In this document: positions 1-12,896 of the stretch, piece by piece
Position numbering within the stretch: position 1 is the first letter of the stretch
Layout of the letters: every line of letters starts with the position of its first letter
From: Vitrella brassicaformis CCMP3155
Taxonomy: Eukaryota > Protista > Chromerida
Length of the DNA: 64,000 bases
Assembly (NCBI GenBank): GCA_001179505.1
Contig: CDMY01000259.1
Coordinates: forward strand, 62,001-126,000
Direction: 5' to 3'
Position numbers and translations under genes: made by a program
Notes under the pieces: generated by a model
The model's input: only the letters and a program-made list of their open reading frames with translations
What the model was told of the DNA's origin: nothing
Databases searched by the model: none

Positions 1-28
1 GGTATCCCTCCCTGTTTATTTGCTACAG

Positions 29-3000
29 GCAGATGACGGGCTCCTCGTCTGGTGCCACGATGAAGCTGTCGGGTGCGGCTCCGTGTGACATGTTCCACCT
101 GCTGGCTGCTCACGCCACGCTTCAGGCCGACTACGACAAGGCGCAGCAGGTGCTGCTGCACGGCTACACGACCGTCCAGCAGCTGTGGACACGCCTCTCG
201 CCGCTCGCACTCCCCGCCCACCACTCGCTGGTCAGCAGCATCGCCCTCCTGCGTGAGCTGGAGCACTTTCTCCACTTCATGACGGGCAAGAGCGTCCCCG
301 GCACCAAGGTCGTCAAGGTGGACCACCCTGGGCAGGTCGACAGAGGGGTGCAGTGCCTCGAGTGGCTGGAGCAGCGGTGTGACGCCACCAGCCTCTCCTT
401 CACCTTCGACCCCTTCGTCGCATGGGCCGATATGGGCATGCTCCGCTGCTTGGGGGTGCAATACCACAATGGCGTCGTCACTGGCAAGGGGCTGCCGGAG
501 GGGCAGAGGGTGGTGGACCTCGACGAGCGGCAGAAAAAGATGACGGCCCGCATCCACTTTAGTGTGGGGTCGGCCGCTCGCAAGCTGGGCAACCTGGAGG
601 GCGCGAAGGCGCTGATGGCCAAATCGTTAAGCATTCACAAGGACAATAGCAACCCGCTGATGCCCAAGGAGACCATCAAGACCTTGCTCAAGGAGGCAGA
701 CCTCCAGGAGGACCTCGCCAAAGTGGCACAGGTGAGTGAGTGATGGGAGACTGACCAGCAAGACGCGCAAGCCGCCTGCTCGTCTGTCTCCCCTGCCATG
801 CATTATGTGTGTGTGCGCTGTGCCCTGTGTTGTTTGTCATCAGTGCCTGACGAAGGTCGCGGGCGGTATCGCCAACAATGACCCCACCACACACCCCGAG
901 CTCCACACGGCTTTCCGCCTTATCAAGCTGCGCTGCCTGCTCACCCAGAACTCCATCAACATCCGACGGGATTCGATGCCCGAGGACCCCCGACCCCTCT
1001 GGCAAGACCTCGTGGACACGGCCAAATTCCAGCTAATCAGGACAGACGGCGGCCACACCGACACACAGGCCATGATCGACCTCCAGGATGCTGCCAGCCC
1101 AGGTCAGTCCGGTACGAAGCTCCACGGCGCCGCGAGCTGTGCCAAGGCCCTGCTGCAGCTGGCGGACGGAGCGGATCAGCTGCTGCGGCACTATGAAGAG
1201 AGGGAGGTGGTCGAGGGGCCATGGACGGCCGACGCCCGGAAGGCACAGACCTTCTGTGTCCTCAAGCTGCTGCACGGCGGGGAGGGGGTCGGCTCCCGCA
1301 GATTCGAGCGGGCACATGCGCAGCTGCCCCGTCTGCTGGAGATGCTCGCGACGCATGGCAGCGATGTGTCGGACATATGGGCGCATTTCCGTCCCTTGCT
1401 GCCGGTGCATCTCTATCTGGGTTGGCTCAACCAGCTGCTGAGCTGGGTGCCTCGGCTCGAGCGTGTGGGGCAGGGTGAGGCCTGGCGGGAGGTCTTGAGC
1501 AAAATCGCTGAGGCCTACCCGCAGGCACTCTTCTACCCGCTGCAGGTGCGCAGCGCAATACCTACAACAGACAGAGACGACAGAGAAATGCTCACACGTT
1601 CCGTTCCCGGCTGATGTGTGGGTGCAGGTGAGTGCCGAGGCGGCCCCCAAGAGCTCTCTGCTGCAGGAGCTTCTCGCCATGATGAGGCGGCAGCGTCCCC
1701 TCCTCGTGTCCTTCTCACAAGCCATCGAGTGCCTCATGGTGCCCGAACTGCGCGCAGTCGGACTCTTCCTGAATGATATTCTCACACACCTCGCCCTAAT
1801 GACCAAGGCCAAGTCGGGAGATGCCAGGGACAAGGTCAGCCCGGCACACGACAGCCCGACGGCCCATCCTGGTCACACAAGCAGTATTTCTGCCATGTCA
1901 TGGGTTCAGGCAGGTGACGAGGCCCGGAGGAAGGAGCTGTGGGAGGGTTTTGTCAAGTCGTGCGCGATGCCGCAGCAGCACTTCGACCAGATCGCGGGCC
2001 GTGAGGGTGCAGGACTGGGCAACGACCAGCTGGTCTTCTCAAAGGGGCTCAAAACCGTCAGCAATGCACACGAACAAAGCACCTCCGTGTTCACATGCCG
2101 TCTTCCTGTTCGTTCATTGCTGCAGAAAGTCGCTATGGCCCTCAGAGTCCAGTCCCTCCCCTCCTCCCCCTCCGCCCTGCTCCAGACCCTCAGCACAGCA
2201 TTCATGAAGCTCAACCCACACCAGGCACACCAGGTGGTGGACAAACTCATACGGGAGATCAACACAGAGAGTCACAAGAAGAAGCTCCAGTACCAGGACA
2301 AGCGCAACACAGAGGACGTGTGCGGCTGGCTGACGCGGGGCGACGGGTACTCAGCGGCCCTCGAGAAGCGGGCGTGGGGCGAGCGGAATGAGCGGGGGCT
2401 GCTGGAGGTGCCCGGCCAGTACGGCGCTGGGCTGAGGGCCCCTGACACAACCACCCACGTCAAGGTCGTCAGATTCGACACTCAGGTGAAGTCCGCCTGC
2501 CGGAGGCGAGGCCGCAGCGACTGTCTGTTGTATCTGTTCGTGTGTGTGTGTGTGTGTGTGCAGGTGCGTGTGTTGGCGTCGAAGCAACGTCCCATGAAGC
2601 TGGTGCTGCACGGCAACGACGAGCGGGAGTACCCCTTCCTGGCCAAGGGGGGAGACGACCTCAGACTCGACCAACGCATCCAGCAGCTCTTCCAAGCCAT
2701 CAACCGGGTGCGCAAGAGCTGCATGGCATCCATCTCTTGTGTGTGGTGTGAAGGCATGGATGGCCCTCTTCCCTTCCTCCCTCCCTGCTGCTCAGATGCT
2801 GTCATCGACGTCGTCTCTGTCAATCCGCACCTACTCGGTCATCCCCATGACCTCCCAGCACGGGCTGCTGCAGTGGGTCTCACAGACAGAGCCGCTCAAG
2901 GGTGTCCTGGAGGAGCAGGCCAGGGTGGATCGACAACGACTTGCCAGCGACGAGAATGCCGCACAGGACGCCGCGCAAGCCAAGAGCCCGTATGTGCAGG

Positions 3001-4319
3001 CCGCTGAGTTCTTCTCGGGCAATCTGGTCGATGTGCAGCGGAAGCGGAAAGAGAGAGACCTCGGGGGGCGCAGGGTGGCCAAATGGAATGACATATACAA
3101 GGGCATATTCGAGCTGACCCGTCAAGAAATCCACGAGAACTACATCAAGACATGCGAGTGAGCGAGCGAGGGAGGGAGGGAGGGAGGGAGGGAAGGGCAC
3201 GAGGTGCCAACATGGAAAATGACTCTGCTGTGTGTGGTTCCTGCAGGCGTATGCCGTCCGATTTGTTGCGGAAGCGACTGTGGGAGTCGAGTCTGACCCC
3301 GGATGCGTTCTTCGTCCTGCGCAAGAACTTCTGCATCTCACTGGGGGCCTTCAACGCGGCGGCATATGTGCTGGGCGTCGGCGACAGGCACCCCGAGAAC
3401 TTCCTACTCGACACGCAGAACGGCGAGGTCACACAGCAGACACGCAAGCAACAAGAGGCATGGGATCCCTCTGTGGTGAATGCAATGCCTGTGCTGCAGG
3501 TGGTGGGTATCGACTTTGGCTATTCCTTCAGCACGGGCATCCGGATGCTCCCCATCCCCGAGCTGGTGCCCTTCCGCCTCACCCCAAACCTCGTCGGAGT
3601 GGCCTGGCCCATCGAGTCCGCCCAGGGCAGCGGCACCCTGCTCAACACACTCATCGACACACTCACCGTCATGCGCGCCGACCAGGCCGCCCTCACCTCG
3701 TTGTGTTCGATCTTCATCAACGAGCCTCTGGTGGAGTGGCAGCAGAAGGACGGCAAGAGGGACATGATGGACGAGGGCGGCGTGGGGGCCGACGGTGGCG
3801 ATGGGGTGGAGGGAGCGGGTGTGGCCGTGGCCAAGGGCCGGCTGGAGATGGTGCAGCGGAAGCTGAGAGGCGAGGCGCCCACTGCCATACTCATCGACGA
3901 ACTCATGCACACCGTTCCTGTAAGTAAACAACAAGCACACCTGGCTGCATCAACCAACTGCTTATGAATGAGATACCTTACTGCTGCAGAATTCTGCTGT
4001 TGCCGCCATGGTGGAGTCCCGCGGCAAGCAGCCGCAGCGGACCAGCAGCAGGGCGGCCTCACACTGGCAGGACCTCCAGGACATCGTGACGGGCGAGAGG
4101 GCCAACTCTCTGCGATCTGAACTGCTCCGCGACGCCCTCACGAGGCGGCATAGGGGGCCATCCGCAGGGACCAAGGGGGCCACAGCGATGAATGGCGACG
4201 GTGTGACAGGGAAGGGCGTGGTGCTGAGTGTGTCGGATCAGGCGCGGAGCCTGGTCGATCTGGCGACGGACAGCAACGTGCTGGGCAGGGCGTTCATCGG
4301 ATGGGCGCCCTGGGTGTGA
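29..4319 (+). CDS. PRKDC: DNA-dependent protein kinase catalytic subunit (PIKK family), 3' part: FAT, kinase and FATC domains; multi-exon, 5'-truncated by window edge
   Basis: Spliced exons give LLEVPGQY..HVKVVRFD, VLASKQRPMKLVLHGNDEREYPFLAKGGDDLRLDQRIQQLF, VLGVGDRHPENFLLD, GIDFGYSF..LPIPELVPFRLT, and a FATC end LSVSDQARSLVDLATDSNVLGRAFIGWAPWV* (stop 4317-4319). These match DNA-PKcs-specific motifs as I recall them ([58 protein letters not shown]). Confidence 0.93.
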
Positions 4320-5200
4320 GTGTGGGGGATGTGTTGCCTGGCTCGGTGTTTTTATTTTGGGATGACGCTTAGATGAGGAAGGTGTGTATCTCATCGCATC
4401 TGCTGTACATAGCATAACCTACATGACCGGCCTTTCCTGGACTGCAATGATTGCAATGAGATCGCTATGAGATCGATATGTATGTGAGACTCGCGAACTG
4501 AAAGAAAGAACGAATGAGCGGGTCTCACAGCCAGCACAAGACATACGCAAAAAGTCACCAGCTGTCTAACTAACTAGTACTAGCTACACAATTAACACTG
4601 GTATCCACTTTCCAGCCACTGACTGTACATCCATCCCACCGCCCACCCCACCCGACGCGATGCGTTCAGCCATCATGCGGCCGAGAGGGCTGCCGGGCTA
4701 AGCGGTAGGCACATCGAAACGGGCCATGCTTCGATGATCGCTTGGCTCAGCAAACCCCTCGGCGACACGATGCCCGACACACACCCCAAGTCGATCAGTT
4801 ACATGATCAAGAGAGCGGACTCCTGCCACTCCGAAAGTAGTAGACAGACATCGACACTGAGGAGAGCAGCAGCCCGAGCCCGCCAAGTGTGAAGCCAACC
4901 CCCGTCAAGAGGCACCCGAGGCCGAGGCCGGCGATGCCCATGCCAGTGTAGTTGGGCTCTGCGGCCTTGGTGCTGCCGCTCTGCTGCCAGAAGTCACCCA
5001 ACGCGCTCTCAGATCTGTGCAGCACACAACAAGCAAATGGACACCATTAATGAATCACTGCAGTGCACTCGGGGAGGTGCGCATTTGAGCTCAGTGGTGC
5101 TTACGAGCTGCGCGTCACGTAGGCAACTTTTGGGTTGAGATCCGACCACACTCGGGTGCACCTTCCGGTGTCCCAGCTCAGAAGGCTGGGCACCTGCTCC

Positions 5201-5238
<38 letters not shown>

Positions 5239-5297
5239 TCACGTACACCCACTCATCCAGGCATTTCATTTGCCAGTCTTGTTTGTTTCTTTCCAGC

Positions 5298-5534
5298 TCA
5301 TGAATACAGTTTGAGCTTCGTCCAGTCCTCGAACTTGAGCTTCTCGCACACTGCGTCCTTCTTCTTCTCCTGCAGAGGCCAGTGGGTGAGATCAAGACGC
5401 ACAACTACTGAGCCCCACGCATACGCCATGTGATGCCTATCTACCTTGAGCAGTGCCTGAAGCTCGTCATCGCTGCTGATCTTTGTGCGCACGCCGTCGA
5501 TTGTGAAAACGTTCGGCGGCGACGCCATGATCAA
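5298..5534 (-). CDS. small hypothetical protein (~54 aa after removing one intron); may continue into exon-like sequence at 4698-5150
   Basis: ATG at 5534. An in-frame GTAGAT...CTGCAG intron joins ..ELQALLK to EKKKDAVCEKLKFEDWTKLKLYS*. A downstream exon-like segment (SALGDFWQQSGSTKAAEPNYTGMGIAGLGLGCLLTG) could not be joined in frame. Confidence 0.35.
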   Translation of the reverse strand: MIMASPPNVFTIDGVRTKISSDDELQALLKVDRHHMAYAWGSVVVRLDLTHWPLQEKKKDAVCEKLKFEDWTKLKLYS

Positions 5535-5758
5535 GATCAGATCTTCTGGTCGTACGTATCGATGCCGCTCACATCACCGGGCGCTGGTCGGGGGGAGATC
5601 TGCGATCTGAGCTCGCAGATCTCTCGAGGCGGAGCGGACGGGTGTTGAGGGTACACACAGTGATCAGAGGGTCCTCACTTCCACTCTGTCTGTTTGGTGT
5701 CCGTTGGCGATGAGTGGCTGACCATTTCCCAGATGACTTTCGGGCGGTGAGGTGACCT
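5535..5758. promoter_or_regulatory. divergent spacer with clustered AGATCT/GCTCGCA motifs
   Basis: AGATCT at 5596 and 5617; GCTCGCAG at 5611. Confidence 0.4.
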
Positions 5759-6776
5759 ATGTTCCAGCCAGACGTCACGCCGGATGCCATTCCGCCACGC
5801 AACTATCCACCCCATCTCACGACAAAGAAGGCAGCACTCTATGTGCTCATCGCGTCCACCCTGCAGATCTTGTTCGTCACGGCGGAGGAGCTGCTCCAAC
5901 GTCGGCTGCTGGGATGGGCCGCGCTGCCGCCCTCGGTCACTGATGACGCTGTCCGTCTGGCTGTCCGGTTCCTGCTCTGGGATGCACTGGCGATTGTGGG
6001 CTATGCGACGGTCTCCATTGTGACGCTTGAGCGCGGGCATTTGAGGAGCCGCTATGGCAGCTATGCGGAGCTGCTGAAGCTGCAGGCGTCCCTGCCGCTG
6101 ATCTACATCTGCACTGCTCCATCCGAGACTCTCTCGGCTTCCGGCGTCAGCTGGTCCGTCTACTTATGCGGGTTCTTCGTCGGTCTGCTGTTCACTTACT
6201 CGGACAACCAGCCCTTCTTGCAGCGGGTTGGGTGCAAGGTGCCCGTACCGGCCCTCTGGTCAACCCTGACGCGGAAGGAGGGCGTATTTGTGGCTGGAGG
6301 GCTTGGGGTGAGCTTGGCTGCGGCCCTGCAGCTGTGTGGTGAGTTGTGGAGGCAGCAGATGCTCACACGACGTAAGCTGGGCTGGCAGGGCAGCGACACA
6401 CACGGGTGGTGGACAGATGGGATGAGTGGGTGCAGGTGCACGGACTGGACAGCTCACCTAACCTAACCTGGTTGGTTCTTTTGTGTTGACTGACTGACTC
6501 GTATTTATGTGACTTACTGCCTGCCTGCCCGCAGTCGTGACAAACCTGGGGCTGCTGCTGTCGGCATTTGGCGCGTATTATCTGCACAAAGCGAGAGGGA
6601 AGAGATGGCGGTTCAGTGAGATTGGCGTCCACTTCCACCACTACATCAACGGGGGTCTACTGCCTCTGCTGTTCACCGCGTTTCGCGGCCGTCTGGCTGA
6701 GGCACTGCAGGGGGTGTTCTTCGGTGTGTACGTGGAGGGCATTGCTGTGTGGGGCATGGACCCGATCTTGTTCTGA
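5759..6776 (+). CDS. uncharacterised multipass membrane protein with C-terminal HFHHY motif (2 exons)
   Basis: ORF 5759-6338 has several hydrophobic segments. A phase-1 intron (GTGAGT 6339...CCGCAG 6534) joins in frame to VVTNLGLLLSAFGAYYL..VHFHHYINGGLL..GVFFGVYVEGIAVWGMDPILF*. Confidence 0.7.
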
Positions 6777-7257
6777 TGTATGGTTTGGCGTGTGATGTGA
6801 CCGATGCACATACGGGTGTGTGGGTGTGTGGTTGGACGCACAGCAGCTTCTCTCACTGAGTTGAGGCATGCCATTCATGTATGTGTGGACACGTCAGACG
6901 TCCAGCCCAGCCCCTCTGGACGGAATGAATGGGAACGTCGTGGAAATGAGCCTTCATCGACAGCCGTGCTAGCTAGATACACACACGCTCTTTGTCTGTA
7001 TGCAGAGAGAGCAGCCTCACATCATGCACCCGGCAGACAGATGCACGCATAGCACACAGCGAGCGGTGGATGTCGTTGAAGCCAACCAACACACACCATG
7101 CCACCCATTTACACACACGACAAATGCATTGATTGACACGCACGCACACGTAGCGCCAGAGAAAAAAGGCGAGAGATAGAGGCTAGCACATAAGACATAC
7201 ATAGAGGGCTGGCTGGCTACGGGGAGGGAAGGGCGGACGGAGGAAGGGGTCCCTCCC

Positions 7258-7938
7258 TCATTCGTAGTAGCACCCGAACACCATCCCCACGGCAAATAGC
7301 GAATCCTGCACGCATCGCATCCACACACAGCCCATCCATCCGTCCATCCATCCATCCATCTGTGTGTCGTGTGTCTGTTGTTGGTTGTGTGTCTGCCCGC
7401 ATACGTACGTTTTTGTATGAGAATGATGACCAGTTGTCGAGGTTGATGTCCCAGAGGCACTTGGAGGCCACACGGATGCCCTGCCCAGAGTTCTCCCCAA
7501 TCACCACCTGCACTATCAACTTGAAACGCGGAATCTCCAACTTCTCTGCACACACACATACACAGATACACACACAGACACACAGACAGAGAGAGATGGA
7601 CAAGTCACAGGCCAAAGCCTCCCGCCCGCTGCTGTGTGTTTGTTGCGGTGTGTGGGTCTCTGACCTTTGACGGCCTGTTTGATTTCGTTGCAGAGTTCGA
7701 GTGTCCATATCTTGGCCTCGTCTTGGTGGTACTGTTTGTCCGTCAGCTTGTCCTCCATCACCTGGCGAATCACACGCTCAACCTTGGACGGCAGAAACCT
7801 GCACAATCAACAGCCCGAATGCACCATGAACGGCTTTGAATGCCTTCACCCTTCTCCTGATGTGCTCACTCACTTTTCGTTTTCTGCCGGCTCTGTGCGG
7901 TAGGTGGGCTCCCAGACGTGAACCTGCTGGCCGTCCAT
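7258..7938 (-). CDS. TCTEX1D2: Tctex-1 family dynein light chain (TCTEX1D2-like), 4 exons
   Basis: Exons: MDGQQVHVWEPTYRTEPAENE / RFLPSKVERVIRQVMEDKLTDKQYHQDEAKIWTLELCNEIKQAVK / LEIPRFKLIVQVVIGENSGQGIRVASKCLWDINLDNWSSFSYKN / DSLFAVGMVFGCYYE*. The RFK..VQVVIGE..GQG...S.C.WD...D...N.SLFAV...FG.YYE pattern is the Tctex-1 signature. The subfamily call is less certain than the family call. Confidence 0.92.
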
Positions 7939-8141
7939 CGTCGTCAAACCTCTACCAAGGGGCTAGGAGCTTCGCTAGGCCTCAAATGTCACGCTGGCGC
8001 TTCTCTTCGGTGCACGAAGTAGCGTGATCCTCTCCGGTGTACCTCAGGCACACCAGCAGGAACCTCAAACGATTGAAAGAGGCGCGGTTTCTGCGCGAGC
8101 CTGGATTGCGAGCTTAGCCAAAAGGTCGCTTCTCTTTTTTC
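7939..8141. promoter_or_regulatory. 203-nt divergent spacer (Tctex-1 / APEH); candidate bidirectional promoter
   Basis: Contains TTGCGAGC (reverse complement of GCTCGCAA) at 8106. Confidence 0.45.
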
Positions 8142-11100
8142 ATGTTGGGGAGGCATTCACAGCTGATTCTGCTGCGCTGTTCCATCGTCTCGGCAGTGGC
8201 ATCCTCCATCTCTGTCGAATCTGCATCTGCATTCATCCATCAGCTGCGAGGGCCCGCTGCGGCACACGCCGGGAGGACCCGACAGCTCAGGATGGCCACC
8301 AAAGGTCAGCATGCATGGCGACAAACATGAGTGGACACAGATCTTTTGCTTTGACTGGCAGGTGGCGGCGGCATGCCATCGGGCATCACTTCTGAGTTGA
8401 TGAAAGATGTGACGAAGCTGTGGCGGATGAACGAGGGCGTCGCAAGCATCACATCGGGGAAGCTCTACGTGCCGACACCACTCTTGGGACAGAAGGACAA
8501 GATCAATGCGGTGCTGTTCAAGTCACAGGTCAGCAGCGAGCATTACACAGATGTCATCCACCCACCCAACGCGCCATTGATTGCCTGCCCGTTTGTGCGC
8601 CTGTCCATGTGCTTGTCCTTACCCACAGAGGGCCAACTTCAAGAAGAAGGCCTTTGCAGCGACATTCCCGACTGAGGGGGTGGTACTGCCCATGCCCACC
8701 GACAAAGTGGCGTCCCACGTCACGCCCGACGGCCGGGCCATGGTGCTGCTGGTGCCGGGGGAGAAGGGCAATGGCGACAAGGACAAGGACAAGGGCGGCA
8801 CGATTGAGCTGTGGAGCCTCACTGACGGTGCCATCCAAAGTGCGCTGTCGGCCGAGAAAAGGCATGGCCCATTTGAGGCGGGGGAGTATGGCGGGTGCGA
8901 TCTGGACGCGACCCAGACAAGGTGACAGCAGCGTCGGAGAGGTGCTCGTTTGCCACACAGCGGATGGATTGTGCGTCCATTTGTCTGCGTGTGTAGGGTT
9001 GTGTACGCGGCTGAAGTCAAGCCACCGACTACAAAGGGTGAGCGAGTCCACCTAGACACGACATTCACTCTCACCTTTGCACCTGCACGGTCCTTACTCT
9101 TCGTTACTACCGTGTGCAGCATTCTGGGATGAGGACGACAAGAAGGACGAGAGCAAGCCAGGCACTGACGGGGAGAATGGCAATGGCAGGGGGGCCAAGT
9201 ATGAGTACCAGCAGTCTTGGGGCGAGCAGCAGACTCAGTACACAAAGACCAACATCTACATCGCAGGTGTGGGAGGGAGAAGACACAAGCTCCATTGATC
9301 GATCAATGAGTGAGGCATTGCGCGTGTGGCTTTGTTGGCTGTGGTCAGATTTCTCCGCCGAGTCGATTGTCGAGGTCGAGGGGCTGCCCGACGGCAAGGC
9401 TTACGGACAGGTGAGCGGCAGAAGGAGGGAAGGCAGCACAATCACTGTTTGTGTCTTTCGATCATCTCATCAGCCCCGTTGGCTTCCCGATGGCAGCGGG
9501 TTTGTGTGTGTGGGCTGGGACATCGAACCCTTCAAGTGAGCCACCCAACCACAACCACAGACAGACAGACAGACAGACAGAGGTGGACGGCCATAACTTC
9601 TTTGTCATTCTCCAGGCTGGGCCGCATCTACTGCATGAACCGGCGGTGCGCCACTTACCTTTGCCGACTACAGCAGCAGCCCAAAGGAAACAATGACAAG
9701 AAGAAGACTGTCAAGGTGGATGTGCTGCCCCTTACAAGTGACGATGACTTCGCCGGCTGGAGCCCACTGCCACTGCCGCCCTTGAAAGGCGCAGAAAATG
9801 ATGATGAGTGTCGCGTTGTGTACATTTCCATCGACCACTCAAAGGTGACGCGACGACACCGAGACTCACACATGATTGTTGTGTTCTCGATGGGGGAATT
9901 CTGTCTTATCTTTCAGAATGCGCTGCCGCATATGGGCAACGTGCGGCTGATGATGGTGAATGTCAACCTGCCCCAGGACACGTCAGCTCCCTGCTCCATC
10001 AAGGACCGCAGCGTCCTCGTGGACTTCGTCAATCAGCCAGACAAAGAGGGGGGTTTCCCGGGCCTCTACGTCTTCAACCTGCCTGCACGATGCGTGTAAG
10101 TCCACCACACCTGCAAATCCATCCATCCACCCATCCATCCCCTCTGTGTGCAGGAGTGGCGACGGCAGGACCATTTTCGTCTCCTCGCCCAACAGGTGTC
10201 GCACAGCTGTCTGGGCAGTCGACACCACTACAAGTGAGAGAGCCAGCCGACCGAAAACAGTCACAGGCAGCCACCTGCCGCACCACGGGGAAGATGTGCT
10301 GGTGTTGTCACGTCAGAGAGCGTGAGTGAGGTGTACAGCACCCGAGGGGAGTCTGTGCAGTTTCTGGACTGCCTCGGCGACTACGTCCTGTAAGCGGCGT
10401 TAGATCAACACAGGCCCAGCTCTCGTGTCATGCCTTTCTGTGCGCTTGTGTTGCCCCTCAGGCTGAAGGAGAGCTCCCCCACCTGCCTGGACACACCCAT
10501 CATCGCCAGATGGTATCCATCGCAGAAATCTTTTGAGTGGTCTCTCAAGACAGCCGAGGGAGATGGCAGCAAGGAAGCCCTGTCATCCCTCGGCCCTCGA
10601 GGCAGGCTGCGCGAGGCCTTGAATTGCGTCGAGTGGAAGGTGCTGAATGGCAGGCACATCCTGGTGAAGCCGACCGGCAAGAGAGATGACGGCAAGCTGC
10701 CGCTGGTGGTCAACATCCATGGCGGCCCGCACACGGTGTACGACACCTCGTTCTTCTTCACGAGTGTCTTCTGGGCGAAACTCGGTGGGATGGATTAGGG
10801 AAGGAACGAAGCAAGGACAGACACAAATGCTATCGCCATTTATGTGGTGTGTATGTGTGTGACTGTGTATGTGGCTGGCTGGCCAGGCTACGGTGCGCTG
10901 CTTGTGAACTACCGTGGGTCGGTAGGTTTCGGCCAGGACGAGCTGCTGTCCCTCCTAGGTACGTGAAGGGGGGTGGCACTTGCGTCGCGTCCACCACCAG
11001 CAAACAGATTGGTCCCTCCATCCATGGATGTTCATCTCGTATATATAGGCAAGATCGGCACGCAAGACGTCAAGGACGTTTATGACGCCGTACAGACAGC

Positions 11101-12242
11101 TCTCAGGTACCTACCTACCATGGTGGGCCAGTGAGTAATGCCCCTCCATCCACCACACCGGGGGGGGGTATATGCGTGTGTCCAATTTTTCGTCAGTGAG
11201 GGGTGTTTCGACGAGAAGCGCCTGTGCGTCATCGGCGGCTCTCATGGCGGCTTCCTCACACTACACATGATCGGACAGGTACCACACCCACAGCAATGCA
11301 TTCGCCACAAGCTAAAGACCTAGGTGCGTTGCCATGAATGTGCTCTGCTCTGCCCCCCACCGTCTGTCCATCAGTACCCCGATATGTTCCGTGCTGCGTC
11401 GACCCGCAACCCCGTGGCCAACATAGCCTCCATGATCAGCACGTCTGACATACCCGGTGCAGTCACTTTGTTTGTGTCCACTTCCAATCACATGTAGCAT
11501 GCAGTTTGTTTGTTGGTGTGGGCAGACTGGTGCTATGCCGAGGTCTTTGGCGACAAATACCCATTCGCGGTGGGTGAGAGAGAGGTGATTGATATCTACT
11601 CCACGGGTGGGCGTGTTGTGTCCTTCCTTGATGCGTCGACGTGCGTGTGCAGGGGGCTAGTGGACATGAGCTGATGGCGATGCACCGGGCCTCCCCCATT
11701 CGCCATCTCTCTGACGTCAAGACGCCCCTCCTTACTGGACTAGGACTAGACGACCTCAGGGTCAGTGAGTGAGTCAGCCGGGGAGGGAGGGAGAAACGGA
11801 CAGGGCGTGGCGTACACAGACAAATGCTGGCTGTGTGTATGCGTGTCTGTGTGCGCCAACCACTCAGGTGCCTCCGTCGCAGGGAACGGAGATGCACCAT
11901 TATCTCACTGCCAAGGGTAAGGGAGGGAAGCTTTTCATTCAGACAGCAACACACGATGTGATGTATGCAGAGTGAATGATGGATGGGCTGTGTTGCGTGA
12001 TGTCTGTCTGTCTGTCTGTCTGTCAGGTGTGCCTTCAAGACTCCTGTGCTACCCAAAAAACGGTGGGACCACAAATAGTATATTTGTTCCCCACCCCGTG
12101 TATGTGTGTGTGTGTGTATGTGTGTGGGTGCCTGTGTGTATGGATTCGATCAGCCCATCCAATCGCCCAGCCGGAGTGCGAGAGTGATTACTTCATCAAC
12201 ACGGCCCTCTGGTTCCACGCACACACCCAAAAGCAGCCATAG
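8142..12242 (+). CDS. APEH: acylamino-acid-releasing enzyme / acylpeptide hydrolase (peptidase S9C), multi-exon
   Basis: Catalytic-domain motifs: PLVVNIHGGPHT, LCVIGGSHGGFLTLHMIGQ (nucleophile GGSHGG), RNPVANIASMISTSDIPDWCYAE, ASPIRHLSDVKTPLLLGLGLDDLRVPPSQG (Asp), YPKNGHPIAQPECESD (His). These follow a beta-propeller-length N-terminal region. Confidence 0.92.
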
Positions 12243-12754
12243 CCATAGATAGAGCCGGCAGGACAGCACACGGAACAACGATATGGCCAGCTTCCAGACA
12301 GACAGACAGACGCGAGGTCGGAGGGAATGTCGCTCGCTGCGGCACCCCACCTGACTGTGTACATCAATCACCTGGCTGCATGTTTGACGTTTTATGGGTA
12401 CCCGTGGCTATAGCTGAGTGCACGCACCTATGTGTTACGTATTAGCTGGACTCTCCACCCCTGGCTGCAGCAAAGCAAGGTCTGTCTCGTCAATCTCATC
12501 AATCTACCAGGATTGTGAGAAGAGAACCACTCTCGCTGATTCGCAAGCCCCACATCACATCGTAGCACAGTTGTCCCCCGCACCCGCACCCGGCCCCTCC
12601 ACCACAACACAGCCACACCAACAAATCGCAGCGAACTGTCCCCATACATATGAACAGCATCGGGTGGGGTGGGCGAGTGATGGATGGTTGGCACTATAAA
12701 ACACCCACCAGAGGTCAAAAGCAACCACCAACGTCTCGCCCTCTGCTGTGCGGG

Positions 12755-12785
<31 letters not shown>

Positions 12786-12896
12786 AGACGACTTCCCGTG
12801 GCCCGTTGCTCAACAGTGCTGAGGTCCCTGTGTCGTCATCCAAATAATCCTGAACACAATCGGCACACGATCAGAATGCAACAGCGATTCCTCCTC

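Noticed and set aside
1033-1833. Long antisense or alternate-frame ORFs overlapping real genes (also 164..634, 20825..21523, 33083..33559, 51154..51798, 62454..63518)
   Set aside because: These are shadow ORFs of GC-rich coding exons. They have no motifs and run through microsatellite introns.
5298-5300. Possible TGA readthrough or selenocysteine linking the 5298-5534 ORF to downstream exon-like sequence
   Set aside because: The readthrough frame hits another TGA soon after, and I recognised no SECIS or selenoprotein motif.
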